Shown here: positions 9,206 to 19,546 of the stretch, piece after piece | Layout of the letters: every line of letters starts with the position of its first letter | How positions within the stretch are numbered: position 1 is the first letter of the stretch | Source of the DNA: Thermoplasmatota archaeon | GTDB lineage: Archaea > Thermoplasmatota > E2 > DHVEG-1 | NCBI GenBank assembly: GCA_016927555.1 | Contig: JAFGML010000039.1 | Span: forward strand, 9,839 to 73,838 | Length of the DNA stretch: 64,000 nucleotides | Direction: 5' to 3' | Program-made: the position numbers and the translations under genes | The notes under the pieces: model-generated | Databases searched by the model: none | Seen by the model: the letters and a program-made list of their open reading frames with translations, nothing else | Told to the model about the DNA's origin: nothing

Positions 9206-9717
9206 TCTTTCTTCTTTTTTTGCTTCAGCATTCTGTCAATGAGTGATTTATCACTTGATTCTATCCCCGGGTCCTCTCCTATGACGTTTCGTTTTTTCTT
9301 CAATATTTCATCAATCGTTTTCTCATCAGCTTGCTTAAATATTTGTTCCTCGGTCGCCTGTTTCTTCATAGGGACACGCTCATCGTCCTGAGAGTCTTCC
9401 TCTGCTGATTCCTCGGGGAGGGGAGCGATTCTCATCTCTGAAGACCGACGGTACGGCGCTGGATCAGGCGGCGTCACGGGTGCTGGAGGTTCATGGTCTT
9501 CCCTGATCGTTCTTCCAGGATTCTGGTAGCTTTGTATCAAGTGAAACGCTTCTGTGACGATGGTGATTTCATCAGGTGTCGGATACCAGCTCATCTCGGA
9601 ACCATTCGTAGAGAAATTCGGCGCCTGTCTATCAAAAATGACATTGAGTAAAAATGTATTGGATGCCTGGTCTTTCTGTATCTGCAGTCCAATGTAGATA
9701 TTGTCGTTTTTTTTCAT
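9202..9717 (-). CDS. Hypothetical protein with acidic/Pro-rich and Lys-rich C-terminal tail
   Basis: 171-aa ORF divergent from the receiver gene. No recognised motif. Confidence 0.4.
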   Translation of the reverse strand: MKKNDNIYIGLQIQKDQASNTFLLNVIFDRQAPNFSTNGSEMSWYPTPDEITIVTEAFHLIQSYQNPGRTIREDHEPPAPVTPPDPAPYRRSSEMRIAPLPEESAEEDSQDDERVPMKKQATEEQIFKQADEKTIDEILKKKRNVIGEDPGIESSDKSLIDRMLKQKKKKD

Positions 9718-9891
9718 TGATCTCCCCTCACTGCGGAGGTGGATAATATAGTCTCATGGAATTTATACTTTTCTTTTTCCTAAGGCAACAGGACATCAAC
9801 CCCTGGTGAAAAAGCATGATTTTAAAAAACAGACAACGATATCTTCTTATAGTCGCAGCAGACTTACGAACATGGATGAGGAGACCATAGC

Positions 9892-10257
9892 ATGAAGAAA
9901 ATCCTGGTTGTTGATAACGAACCAGATATCGTTGATTTGACGCGGACCGTCTTAGAGATCGGTGGCTACACCGTGGTCCCATCCTACAGTGGTGAGGAAG
10001 CCTTACGGAAGTTGGAAAAAGAGAAAGTCGATTTAGTCCTCCTCGATATCATGATGCCAGGGATGAGTGGATGGGACGTCTTCAATCGTATCAAGAAGAA
10101 AAACAAGGACATCAAAGTCGCCTTCATGAGTGTCCTAGAAATTTCTGATAAAAGAAAGCAAGTCTTACTAGATGAGGGTTTAGCAGATTACATTATGAAA
10201 CCGTTTGACAAGGAGACGTTACTTCAACGTGTCGATCATATCTTAAAGAGCACATAA
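9892..10257 (+). CDS. Stand-alone response regulator receiver (CheY-like)
   Basis: MKKILVVDNEPDIV...LVLLDIMMPGMSGW...YIMKPF: canonical receiver residues, no output domain. Confidence 0.85.
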   Translation: MKKILVVDNEPDIVDLTRTVLEIGGYTVVPSYSGEEALRKLEKEKVDLVLLDIMMPGMSGWDVFNRIKKKNKDIKVAFMSVLEISDKRKQVLLDEGLADYIMKPFDKETLLQRVDHILKST

Positions 10258-10342
10258 CACACAGTCAGAGTACTTCATCGGTGTGGGATGCACACCCTAG
10301 GGATGCAACACAACACTTCATGGTACTGCTAGGAAGAACCAT

Positions 10343-12739
10343 ATGCGGAAAGAACCCGATATTGTGAGAGAATTACGGGAAGCAGAACGGTTAGGAGTCC
10401 TCCATGCAACACCTCCAGCTAGGTGCACGCGTGATGCCACGGCTGTTGTCGATTCTGTTGAACCATCGCCTGCAGGACTGACGACCGTACCTTCACAGCA
10501 GACACCGTGCTCCTACGACAATGATCTTTCGTGTGTTCAAACCGTCTATCACACGCTCTTAACCGCGACTGACTGTGCTGTTCTTGTCGTCGATGCTCAT
10601 GGGCGAGTACAAGACTGCAACACGATTGCCGAAGAGCTGATAGGAAAGACAAAGCAGGAGCTCATCAACATCAAGGTAGCGTCCCTGTATCCCGCTGATG
10701 AATGGCTCGCCATAGAATCCGTTGTTCACCAGCGCCAGCGGCTTTCCTACCGCATCAACACCAAGATTCAAACCGCTCATCAGCGCTGTGCAGTCGTCTC
10801 CCTCTCCCTGTACACGCTAAAAAATATCCAAGGACGCCACCTTGGTTTTCTGCATGTCATCAAGGATATGACGGAAAAACAACCAGCGGCTCAACCACTT
10901 TCCTCCATCTTAGACTACACAGACGACTCGTTCTATTTATTAGACCGCCATGGTCACTACATGATGGCTAATAATGAACTGCTATCTCGTCTGGCATCGT
11001 CCCGTGAAGACGTCCTGGGTAAGACGTTTGGTGACTTTCATACACCTGCTGAGACAATTGATTTCATGCAGAAGCTCTCCTGGGTCTTTGAACATGGGCG
11101 CCCTCTGAAAGATGAGCACGGCAAAGACGGCAGTTGGTTTCTCCGCACCTTAAGCCCTGTGAAGGACTCTGTGACAGCGCGCACAACTGCGGTGTTGGTT
11201 GTGTCCAAAGACATTACTGAGACAAAAAAGGCAGTCAGAGCACTTCGGGAAAGCGAACAGAAATTCCGCATGGTCCTGGAGAATTCTCTTGATACTATCT
11301 ATCAACTGAACATCAAGAGCGAGAGCTATGATTACGTTAGTCCTTCCTCGAAAAAGGTGCTTGGGTATTCACCGGAGGAGATGGCCTCTTGGACGATCCG
11401 GAGTCTCATGGAGATGATGTACCCTGAGGATCGGACGCACTGGATGAACCACTACGCAGTGCTACAAGAGTACAAGAAGAGGAAAGATGCTGTACACACG
11501 ATCGAGTACCGGTTCAAGCACAAAACACTGGGCTATCGATGGATGAGTGACACCTGCTCAGCGATTTTTGATGAGAACCATAAACCAACCGCCATTGTTG
11601 GCACGGTTGAAGATATAACGGACCGTAGGAAAGTCTGGGACGAAATCTTAAAATCAGAGGAAAAGTATCGTGTGCTCGCAGAAACATCCGCAGATGGTGT
11701 ATTTACCACCGATGCGCTCGGTCGACTCACCTATGTGAATCCCTCCTTTGAAAAGTTATTAGGACGGCGAAAGAGCCAGATTCTCGCAACACCATTTCGC
11801 AGGTATCTGCTTGAAGATTCTATCTACTTCTTCCAGCAGATTTTTATTGATGCTCGAAAGAAGAATGAGAAAATAGAGAACGTAGAACTCGAGATTGTCA
11901 CTGGCGATGGGAGCATCATCCCCCTTGAGGCCAACATTGCACCATTGAAGAAACACACAGAGTTCACTGGCGTCGTCTGCACGGTCCGCGATATCACACA
12001 ACGCAGAGAAATCGAAGATGAGCTGAAGAAAAACGAGCGTCTCAAAACAGAGTTTATGAACATCGCTGCCCATGAGCTACGATCCCCTGTGACACCCATC
12101 AAGGGGTACCTCGACTTGATCATCCACGACAACGACAGCTCTGAGAAGATCAAGAACTGGGCGAAGATCAGTCTGCGGAATGCTGAGCGACTACTGAAGC
12201 TCGTCAACGATATCTTAGATGTCGCTCGCCTCGATAGCGACACCATGAAATTTGAAATGGAGAAACTCGACCCTGTTGAATTACTCACTGAACTTGCGGA
12301 GGATATGCAGCCAACCATCGCAAAGAAAAACCTCGAGTTCAAAGTCGAAGTACCAGCATCACTCCCGCACATCATCGGCGATAAAAATCGATTATCACAG
12401 GTGCTAAAAAACCTCATCGGCAATGCCCTGAAATTTACAGACACCGGGTTCATCGGTTTGAAGGCAGAAAAAAAAGACAAGCACATCCAAATCACTGTCG
12501 CTGATTCAGGGATAGGAATTTCACAGGATGAGGTGAAGAAAATTTTCACAAAATTCTACCAGGCGTACACCGGCGAAGATAGGAACAACGAAGGCACCGG
12601 TCTTGGCCTCTTCATCTCAAAAGAGATTGTGAAGAAACACAACGGTACCATCTGGGCTGAAAGCCAAATCGGACAAGGCAGTCAATTTATCATTCAAATC
12701 CCGTTTATTTATAAGATGGTAGTAGATTTCCATCCCTAA
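10343..12739 (+). CDS. Multi-PAS sensor histidine kinase
   Basis: 798 aa. Several PAS-like blocks (for example DITDRRKVWDEIL and VRDITQRREIE junctions). H-box AAHELRSPVTPIKGY. N-box/G-boxes NLIGNALKFT ... GTGLGLFISKEIVKKHNGTIWAES. Confidence 0.9.
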   Translation: MRKEPDIVRELREAERLGVLHATPPARCTRDATAVVDSVEPSPAGLTTVPSQQTPCSYDNDLSCVQTVYHTLLTATDCAVLVVDAHGRVQDCNTIAEELIGKTKQELINIKVASLYPADEWLAIESVVHQRQRLSYRINTKIQTAHQRCAVVSLSLYTLKNIQGRHLGFLHVIKDMTEKQPAAQPLSSILDYTDDSFYLLDRHGHYMMANNELLSRLASSREDVLGKTFGDFHTPAETIDFMQKLSWVFEHGRPLKDEHGKDGSWFLRTLSPVKDSVTARTTAVLVVSKDITETKKAVRALRESEQKFRMVLENSLDTIYQLNIKSESYDYVSPSSKKVLGYSPEEMASWTIRSLMEMMYPEDRTHWMNHYAVLQEYKKRKDAVHTIEYRFKHKTLGYRWMSDTCSAIFDENHKPTAIVGTVEDITDRRKVWDEILKSEEKYRVLAETSADGVFTTDALGRLTYVNPSFEKLLGRRKSQILATPFRRYLLEDSIYFFQQIFIDARKKNEKIENVELEIVTGDGSIIPLEANIAPLKKHTEFTGVVCTVRDITQRREIEDELKKNERLKTEFMNIAAHELRSPVTPIKGYLDLIIHDNDSSEKIKNWAKISLRNAERLLKLVNDILDVARLDSDTMKFEMEKLDPVELLTELAEDMQPTIAKKNLEFKVEVPASLPHIIGDKNRLSQVLKNLIGNALKFTDTGFIGLKAEKKDKHIQITVADSGIGISQDEVKKIFTKFYQAYTGEDRNNEGTGLGLFISKEIVKKHNGTIWAESQIGQGSQFIIQIPFIYKMVVDFHP

Positions 12740-12749
12740 GAAGGGAACT

Positions 12750-13664
12750 ATGGCTGAAATCACGAATGCACAGGTGCTTCAGAGCATCCTGACCGCACTG
12801 AATGCTGTTGCCAGCAGACGGACAACACAGAGTTTTTCGATTACTGTCATTGGCGCCATCATCAAAACCCTTCAGCAAAACTATGAGTTCTTGAAATACG
12901 TCTACATCGGTGCCCCTGAGTACATCAACACCGGGGAACTCATCACGATATCCACAGAGATAAATGCTATTGAGAAAAAACGCATTGGGTCTGCCATTGA
13001 AGCGATCATTCGCATTGTCTACATGGACCTTGTGGGAAAAACCGGTTTATTTTTCATGAAAGAATTGAAACAACAAGCTGGTGAACAGATAATCGGGGAG
13101 CTCAAAGACTATGGGGTTGATCTCGCGTTACTACAGACAGAGCAACGCTATATGCATCGCCAGCATAAGAAGAAAAAACAGAGTATTACAGATGGGAAAC
13201 CCCTCGGTCAAGGTGGCGCTCATCAGGATGACGTGAGCCTGTTGGGCTACACGTGGAAGAACGTCGGAAGCTGGAAGTACGATCCGTTGCAAAAAACCTG
13301 TGTGCTCTACAGCAAAGACGGTCGGGAGCTCGATCGGTTGAACCTCGATACGATCATCGAGAGCTACATCACGAATCTCACAGAAGAAGATGAGGATCCC
13401 TCGCGTGTCTACAAAGAAGACGTTGTCTTGACTGAGAAAGAACTCGGACTGTTGAAGATGCTGTACACCCGGGATATGGATGCTGAGACGGCAACCGTGC
13501 TGCTGCACGTCTCAAAGATCGAGTTCGAGCAGATGGTCAAACGCCTGCTGCACAATGAACTACTCCACTACGTCTCCTTCAATGAAATCGAATTAACTGA
13601 GGAAGGAATCACCATGCTGTCTGAGCAGGATACTGAGAAAAAGAAAAACACTGCTGCGGCTTAG
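12750..13664 (+). CDS. Hypothetical protein, possible regulator (C-terminal winged-HTH-like segment), co-transcribed with the histidine kinase
   Basis: Starts 10 nt after the HK stop. The C-terminal segment LTEKELGLLKMLY...VLLHVSKIEFEQMVKRLLHNELLHYVSFNEIELTEEG resembles a wHTH. No receiver domain. Confidence 0.4.
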   Translation: MAEITNAQVLQSILTALNAVASRRTTQSFSITVIGAIIKTLQQNYEFLKYVYIGAPEYINTGELITISTEINAIEKKRIGSAIEAIIRIVYMDLVGKTGLFFMKELKQQAGEQIIGELKDYGVDLALLQTEQRYMHRQHKKKKQSITDGKPLGQGGAHQDDVSLLGYTWKNVGSWKYDPLQKTCVLYSKDGRELDRLNLDTIIESYITNLTEEDEDPSRVYKEDVVLTEKELGLLKMLYTRDMDAETATVLLHVSKIEFEQMVKRLLHNELLHYVSFNEIELTEEGITMLSEQDTEKKKNTAAA

Positions 13665-16600
13665 GATTGCTTGCCTTTTCCGATATTGAAGATATAGAAC
13701 TCCAGCTGTCCACTGGAGCTGCTGTTCCCCTCCTCGTCGTAGACCTTTGTCTCCAGGGTGTGTTTGAGGAATGCTTGTTCGTTCCACTGCCAGAGTGCTG
13801 GGAATGTCGTGGTCTCCTCTTTCAATTGGCCATCGACGTAGAACTCTGCTCTGCTCAGACGCTCATCTGGTATGTGAATGCTCACGGGTCCAACGATGAC
13901 GGGTTTGAAGAAGGGGATGATCTTTCTGTTTTTGATGTAGAGAAAGCCATCGATGGTCACATGTTTGACTTTAAAGAAGAAGAGCAGTCCTCCAAGGGCA
14001 CCCAGCAGGCCGCCGAGTACAAACCACAGGAGGTTCTGTTCAGCAAAGCTTTTCTGTGGTGCTGGAACATAGCAGAAATAGAAGTAGATGACGGTTGAGG
14101 ACAGGAACTTGTTGCCTTGGAGGGATTGTGCATCTATCTCAAGAGGATAGGTTCCGTTCTCCAGGTACCCTGGGGGGGTGTAGGTGAACCGCATGTTGTC
14201 TGAGGTGGCGAGGTCAGAGACAATAGAGCTTGCGTTGAATGCTGCGTACATGATGAGAACCGGGGTGTTGTAGGTGATGGTTATCGTCGGTGTGTCTTTG
14301 TTGATGACACCACCATCAGCCGGGACAAACGTCACCGTGAGGTCTGGGTAGATGTCTGTGAAGACGAAGAAGTACTGTGTCTCAGGATCATCAAACACGT
14401 ATATTGTGTTGTCTTCTCGCCAGACGAACTCGTCTGCAATCGTCCTGTTTCCCGTGGTCACCTGCAACGTGGCATGAGGGTACAGGTCGGTGAGTTCAAT
14501 GTATATCCATCGGTCTTTCTCAACGATGACTTCAACGGTTGCTTGTTCGTCTTCAATAGTTGTTGAATTTATGATTCCTCTCAGGTGGTTAATGGGAAAG
14601 AGTTGGTCTGTTGTTGTGTTCCAGAAGAACTCTGGAATCGCATCGTCTCCAATGGACAGTAAGAAGAGGATGTTCCCGGTGAGATTCACCGGAGTGTCAT
14701 GAACGACAGTGAGCACGTTATTGGGGTCAACAAAGGTATCGACATTGCCGTCTGCATCCGCGTCATAGCAGTAGAACTGCTCTGATAAGGTGAGATTAAA
14801 CCGGGTGTTTATCCATGTCAGTTGAGACACTGGGATTTGGTGTTTGATGATGAGGATTACTGTTGCGGTCGTTGTATTTGTTCCTTGGTTTCCCTCGTTG
14901 TCAGTCACCGTGAGCGTCACGGTGTACGTCCCGTTCGAGTAGTAGACATGGGTCGGTGTACTCCCATTTGCCAACGCGCCATCGCCAAAACTCCAGGAAT
15001 AGTCCGTGATGGTTCCATCGAGGTCGAAGCATCCAGAGCCATTGAAGGTCATCTCTTGAAGCACGCAACCCTCGTATGGTCCACCGTGCTTTACGCGTGG
15101 GTTCTTGGTGTCATTTGAATTCCCTGCTACATCGGTTGCCGTGATGATACAGTACACTGTTGTTGGGTTTCCTTCAGGAACGATGACTTTTTCGTAGTAA
15201 TCATCGTCAACGACATCCATTGTTGCAGTGAGATGAGTGCCGTCTCCATACCAATATTCAATGGTGACGTTGTCTACTTCTGAGTCGTCGGTGATGGTGG
15301 CGCCAAATGTATAACTATTGGGGAGGGTGTCAAAGGATGGTCCGTACGTATCGACGAAAATTACCGGCGGTTGTGTGTCGGTGATGGTGACGGTTTTTGT
15401 TGCTGTTGTCGCATCGTTTCCCCATTGATCAGTGGCGTACACATGGTACGTCATGTCAGTGATGCTATGGGCGAGGGTCACAGTCCCCGTGAAATAGCTC
15501 CCTGCGCTATTGGTGAGTGAATAGTTCCCTCCGCTGTTCCCATGGCTCCAGACTGCGTAGACGCGAAGGTTGTCAGCACTGGCTTGGGTTGAAGTCACCG
15601 TCGTATTGAAGAGGTAGTCTGCTGATGGTGCAGCTGTCGTCGGTGAGTTGTCGGTGATGCTTGGTGGGTTTCCTGGTCGTATGGAAAAGGAATAGTTGGC
15701 GGAATGAGCCCAATTCCGTGGGTCCGTAGCAGTGATGTAGTAGGTGTAGTTGCCTGTTGGTGTAAAGATTCGTGTGTACTTGTAGGTGCTCCCTGTTTTG
15801 TTGGCTGTAATACTCACGTTACTGAGGACGCCACTGGGGGTGATGACATTCAGGTACACACCAGTGATAAAAGTATTATCAGTAATGGTGACAGATAGAT
15901 TCGTGTATTTCCCAAGGGTCTGTGAGCTTGGGGTCATCTGCGGTGTTCCTATGGAAGGGTCGATGGTATCGAGCAGTGCTCCTTTATCGGTGTTGACTGT
16001 GTAGATGGTGTACGGGCTGTCTGCGATGCCATCAGCGTTGCTGTCAAGTGCTCCTTCGCTGATTTCATCGTAGTCATCCCAGTAGTTCCCAGAGAGGTTT
16101 CCCCCACCGATGATATTTGTTCCAAGGGTCTTTGTGATATTCCATCTGTTGCGATTCAGGCTTTTATCAATCGCGTTGTCGCCATTATAATGCAGAAAGT
16201 TGTTGTAGATCACATTGCTAATCGCGAAGAAATCAAGGTAGATACCATACTGAGTGTTGTTGTTAATTTCATTGGTGTAGATGTAGTCGTTGGTGGAGTT
16301 ATACAAGCGTATTCCTGCAAGTCTGTTAAAGGACAGCGTGTTACTGGAGATGGTGTTGTTATCATCTGCGCTGAGGTACATCCCGTCTTTCCTGTTCGAT
16401 GTGATGGTGTTGCTCTGTATGGTGTTACTTGAGCCGACAACCATGATACCGTAGTTCGTGTTGCTCTGCACGATGTTTTCGTTGGAGATAACAGTCCAGC
16501 TGCAGTTTTCCAACACGATTCCTGAGTGGATGTTTCCATGCACTTGGTTTGTCGAAATCGTCGAGTAGTTGCTATAGTCATTGAGATAGATCCCGCAGCG

Positions 16601-17338
16601 TGAATTATAGGAACAGTTATTGTCCACAATGTAATTTGAATCACAGCTGCTGTTCAGGAAGATGCCATTGTCTGAATTCGAGCAAATGATATTATCATAG
16701 ATTTTATTGCTATCTGAGAAGTACAGGTACACCCCGTTTCCATTACCCGTCACTGTGTTATAGCTGATGTTGGTGTTACTCTGTGAGGTATTTAAATGAA
16801 TACCGTCTCCGATGTTGTCAGAGATGACGTTATCATAGATGAGGTGGTGATCAGAGTGGTTGAGGTAGATACCATGGTATCCGTCGGAGAACACATTATC
16901 TGTGATGATAGAGGAGTCACCGTTCATCCTGATGAGGCTGTCGTTCTGTGTAGTTCCTCCGTTGGTGATGGTGAAATGACTGATATTGACGTTATTTGCC
17001 AAGACCGTAATCACCGTATCTGCTCCGTCCCCGTTAATGACGGTGATACTGCGGTCTTCACCAAATAAATCGATACGGTGGGTAATCGTCAGATTCTCAT
17101 AGTAGGTACCATTGTACACAAATATTCGGTACCCATCTGATGCGTTGTCCAGTGCATCTTGAATGGTGGTGTACGTCTCTCCGGGTCCAACGTAGAACGT
17201 CGGTGGTGTGTCTGCTCGACAGCTATCTAAGTGTAGGAAATAGCCGATGCTTTGAACACAAAGTAGTATGACAACTACCACTAGTATGAATTGTCTGAGT
17301 TTCATCCCATCCTGATGCATATGTACTTGCATATGCAT
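13661..17338 (-). CDS. Large surface protein: signal peptide, NosD/pectate-lyase-like right-handed beta-helix, multiple Ig/PKD-like domains, TM helix, about 130-aa cytoplasmic tail
   Basis: 1225 aa. Likely true start at MKLRQF (coordinate about 17305). Beta-helix repeat signatures (NNIS.N.V.GN.NGIYL). PKD-like SWSFGDGALANGSTPTHVY. TM segment LLWFVLGGLLGALGGLLFFF. Confidence 0.8.
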   Translation of the reverse strand: MHMQVHMHQDGMKLRQFILVVVVILLCVQSIGYFLHLDSCRADTPPTFYVGPGETYTTIQDALDNASDGYRIFVYNGTYYENLTITHRIDLFGEDRSITVINGDGADTVITVLANNVNISHFTITNGGTTQNDSLIRMNGDSSIITDNVFSDGYHGIYLNHSDHHLIYDNVISDNIGDGIHLNTSQSNTNISYNTVTGNGNGVYLYFSDSNKIYDNIICSNSDNGIFLNSSCDSNYIVDNNCSYNSRCGIYLNDYSNYSTISTNQVHGNIHSGIVLENCSWTVISNENIVQSNTNYGIMVVGSSNTIQSNTITSNRKDGMYLSADDNNTISSNTLSFNRLAGIRLYNSTNDYIYTNEINNNTQYGIYLDFFAISNVIYNNFLHYNGDNAIDKSLNRNRWNITKTLGTNIIGGGNLSGNYWDDYDEISEGALDSNADGIADSPYTIYTVNTDKGALLDTIDPSIGTPQMTPSSQTLGKYTNLSVTITDNTFITGVYLNVITPSGVLSNVSITANKTGSTYKYTRIFTPTGNYTYYITATDPRNWAHSANYSFSIRPGNPPSITDNSPTTAAPSADYLFNTTVTSTQASADNLRVYAVWSHGNSGGNYSLTNSAGSYFTGTVTLAHSITDMTYHVYATDQWGNDATTATKTVTITDTQPPVIFVDTYGPSFDTLPNSYTFGATITDDSEVDNVTIEYWYGDGTHLTATMDVVDDDYYEKVIVPEGNPTTVYCIITATDVAGNSNDTKNPRVKHGGPYEGCVLQEMTFNGSGCFDLDGTITDYSWSFGDGALANGSTPTHVYYSNGTYTVTLTVTDNEGNQGTNTTTATVILIIKHQIPVSQLTWINTRFNLTLSEQFYCYDADADGNVDTFVDPNNVLTVVHDTPVNLTGNILFLLSIGDDAIPEFFWNTTTDQLFPINHLRGIINSTTIEDEQATVEVIVEKDRWIYIELTDLYPHATLQVTTGNRTIADEFVWREDNTIYVFDDPETQYFFVFTDIYPDLTVTFVPADGGVINKDTPTITITYNTPVLIMYAAFNASSIVSDLATSDNMRFTYTPPGYLENGTYPLEIDAQSLQGNKFLSSTVIYFYFCYVPAPQKSFAEQNLLWFVLGGLLGALGGLLFFFKVKHVTIDGFLYIKNRKIIPFFKPVIVGPVSIHIPDERLSRAEFYVDGQLKEETTTFPALWQWNEQAFLKHTLETKVYDEEGNSSSSGQLEFYIFNIGKGKQS

Positions 17339-17395
17339 ATCTGTTTATATCATAAAAATATTCCTATATGGAAGACGGCTGAGTGAGGGGTCTTT

Positions 17396-18754
17396 TCAGC
17401 GTTCCCAGGGCATTTTGTTGTCCAGATATGTTGTCCAGAACAATCGTAAGTCGTCTCTGAGGAGGTCCTTCTGATCTAAGATGGTACAACCATCTCGGAG
17501 GGCAAGGTCGATGTGTTTACCAAGGCTGAGGTGGTTCACCTGTTCGTTGAGGAGGGTTCTGATGTCTGTGTACTCGCGTTCGATTTGAACGTACAGTCGT
17601 TTGTCTTTTTCGAATGGTTGCTGAAGTGTGCGAGGGTGGTGTTTCCACTTCTGGATAAACTCCTGTGCATTGTGTTTCAGCGAAATGGGAGGTCCTGCAT
17701 GGAGAATGGTTTTTGAGAGAAGGAGTGTCTTTGGATGGAATAGGAGGTAGACTTGGTTTTTGTGTATAGTGAAGCTTGCATCAAGGATGCTGAACCCGTG
17801 TTGCTCGCAGAGGTCTCGTATCGACCGTATCGCCTTACGAAGCTGGGGGTAGAGGTTCTCAGCGATGATGTCTGGTTTGTGGAATGCCACGCCGATGAAG
17901 CTTTTGGTGGTGAGGTGTTTTTGTATCTGTTTCAGTGACCACGGTACGGGTTGACGGGGGAAAAAGAAGGTCAGGCGTGGGTTCTCGTAGTAGGATGTAC
18001 ATGCTTCGATAAACAGGTGGAATTTCTCTGGTGAGAGGGCAGAAGCAACATTTCTTTTAGAGTCAACAGGATCGATGAATGTGAGTGGTGTCGAGAAGTT
18101 TGGGATGGGTCCAGAGGTGAGGGTGAGTGTTACTCCTGGCTGCCATGTGCGTGCTTGTTCGATGAGGTGTTGGAACGTTCCGAATCTCAGGACAACGATT
18201 TCGCAGAGGTACCCTGAGAACCCCTCGATTTCTGCTTCAGCGCCATAACAACCGATTCCCTTCAGGAATTGCTTCAGCAGCCTGACTTCCTTTTTCTGGG
18301 TTGCTTTCAGATGGTTTTTAACATAGGTGGTATGTAAGGGTGTGCGGTCCACGGCAGAGAGTTTTTGTGTCGCGGAGGTTATCTTATAGCAGGGTACTAA
18401 CTCAGTTTTTACCCCTTGGAACAGTCCACGTACATACGGGTGTTCTGCGTAGCACTCTTCTTGCTCAGTGAGCAGTGCTCGTCCGATGGCAAGCCCTTTT
18501 TCCTGGAGGATTTTTCGAGGGGTTGTCGGAGGAAACACCAAGAAGAGGTCAATATCAATTGAGGTGCGGATGTAGGTGTCTTTTGCTGTTGAGCCGACCA
18601 GTTGTATCGTGATGGGTATCTGTGTTTTTTTGATTTCTTTTTTCACTTGTTTTTTCAGTGCTTCTATCACCTGTTGTATGTGTTTTTTTTCTACAGCACT
18701 AGGCGTGATTTTTTGTAACACTTTTTTTTCGATAGGTGCAGAACCAGGAATCAT
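17396..18754 (-). CDS. cca: CCA-adding tRNA nucleotidyltransferase, archaeal class I
   Basis: 452 aa. Pol-beta-type NTase motif LVGSTAKDTYIRTSIDIDLFLVF. Length and layout match the archaeal CCA enzyme. Confidence 0.88.
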   Translation of the reverse strand: MIPGSAPIEKKVLQKITPSAVEKKHIQQVIEALKKQVKKEIKKTQIPITIQLVGSTAKDTYIRTSIDIDLFLVFPPTTPRKILQEKGLAIGRALLTEQEECYAEHPYVRGLFQGVKTELVPCYKITSATQKLSAVDRTPLHTTYVKNHLKATQKKEVRLLKQFLKGIGCYGAEAEIEGFSGYLCEIVVLRFGTFQHLIEQARTWQPGVTLTLTSGPIPNFSTPLTFIDPVDSKRNVASALSPEKFHLFIEACTSYYENPRLTFFFPRQPVPWSLKQIQKHLTTKSFIGVAFHKPDIIAENLYPQLRKAIRSIRDLCEQHGFSILDASFTIHKNQVYLLFHPKTLLLSKTILHAGPPISLKHNAQEFIQKWKHHPRTLQQPFEKDKRLYVQIEREYTDIRTLLNEQVNHLSLGKHIDLALRDGCTILDQKDLLRDDLRLFWTTYLDNKMPWER

Positions 18755-19525
18755 TTAGATCTCCTTTGTGTATCGTTTGAGAAGGTAGTATACTGCTCCG
18801 AAGAGGAGTACTCCTCCGATGACATCGGCTATCCAATGGATTGCTAAATAGATAACTGAGCCGATGACACAACAGGCAGAGAAGTACGCTAGATACAAAA
18901 ATTTTTTGTTGGTTGTCTGGGAAACAGCATAAACAACAAGTAACGCCATCGCGACATGGAGCGACGGGAAGCAATTATTAGTGGTTGTGGTGGCATAGAA
19001 GAAAGATTCTACACCAGGAAGTGCGGTGTTCAGCGCTGAGGTCACACCGTAGTAGGTGTACACGTTGGTAATGGGGAGAAACAGGTAGAACGGCAGTGCG
19101 GCGGCGTAAACCAGCAACAAGCCAAACGCATATGTTTTCATAGCGTTTTTTTCATTGGTGATAAGGAAATACAGCAAGGAGAACCAGAGGATGAAGGGGT
19201 ACAAGATGAGGTAGATGAAGACAAAGAAGTACACTAGGACGGGCGTCCAGTGCTGTGAGAACCAGTACACCACACCGTTTTCAAGGGTGTGTATCGTGGC
19301 TGCGAAGTCGGTTCCAATAAGCTGTGTCGTGTAGGGGTCGATGGTGTTGACTTCAAGCAGGTGTAGGAGGACGACACCTGCGATGAGTGCAAGGTACCAT
19401 CGGAATGAGAGTACTCTGGTTTGGTACTCAGACCATGAGGTGTGCCAGATTTTTTTTGGCACAACGACAGCGAGAGCAAGAAGAAACAGCAGAAGGTTCA
19501 ACAGTGCAATGATACTTACTCCCAC
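18755..19525 (-). CDS. PAP2-superfamily-like polytopic membrane protein
   Basis: About 6 TM helices. PSGH-like FPSLH and HxxxD (LAIHWIADV) motifs. Its stop abuts the cca start, giving a single-nt junction. Confidence 0.45.
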   Translation of the reverse strand: MGVSIIALLNLLLFLLALAVVVPKKIWHTSWSEYQTRVLSFRWYLALIAGVVLLHLLEVNTIDPYTTQLIGTDFAATIHTLENGVVYWFSQHWTPVLVYFFVFIYLILYPFILWFSLLYFLITNEKNAMKTYAFGLLLVYAAALPFYLFLPITNVYTYYGVTSALNTALPGVESFFYATTTTNNCFPSLHVAMALLVVYAVSQTTNKKFLYLAYFSACCVIGSVIYLAIHWIADVIGGVLLFGAVYYLLKRYTKEI

Positions 19526-19546
19526 GTCGATGGTTTCACCGCCACG

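Noticed and set aside
11824-12549. 241-aa minus-strand ORF antisense to the histidine kinase gene
   Set aside because: Entirely embedded in a well-supported HK coding region. Ser/Phe-rich low-complexity translation typical of antisense frames.
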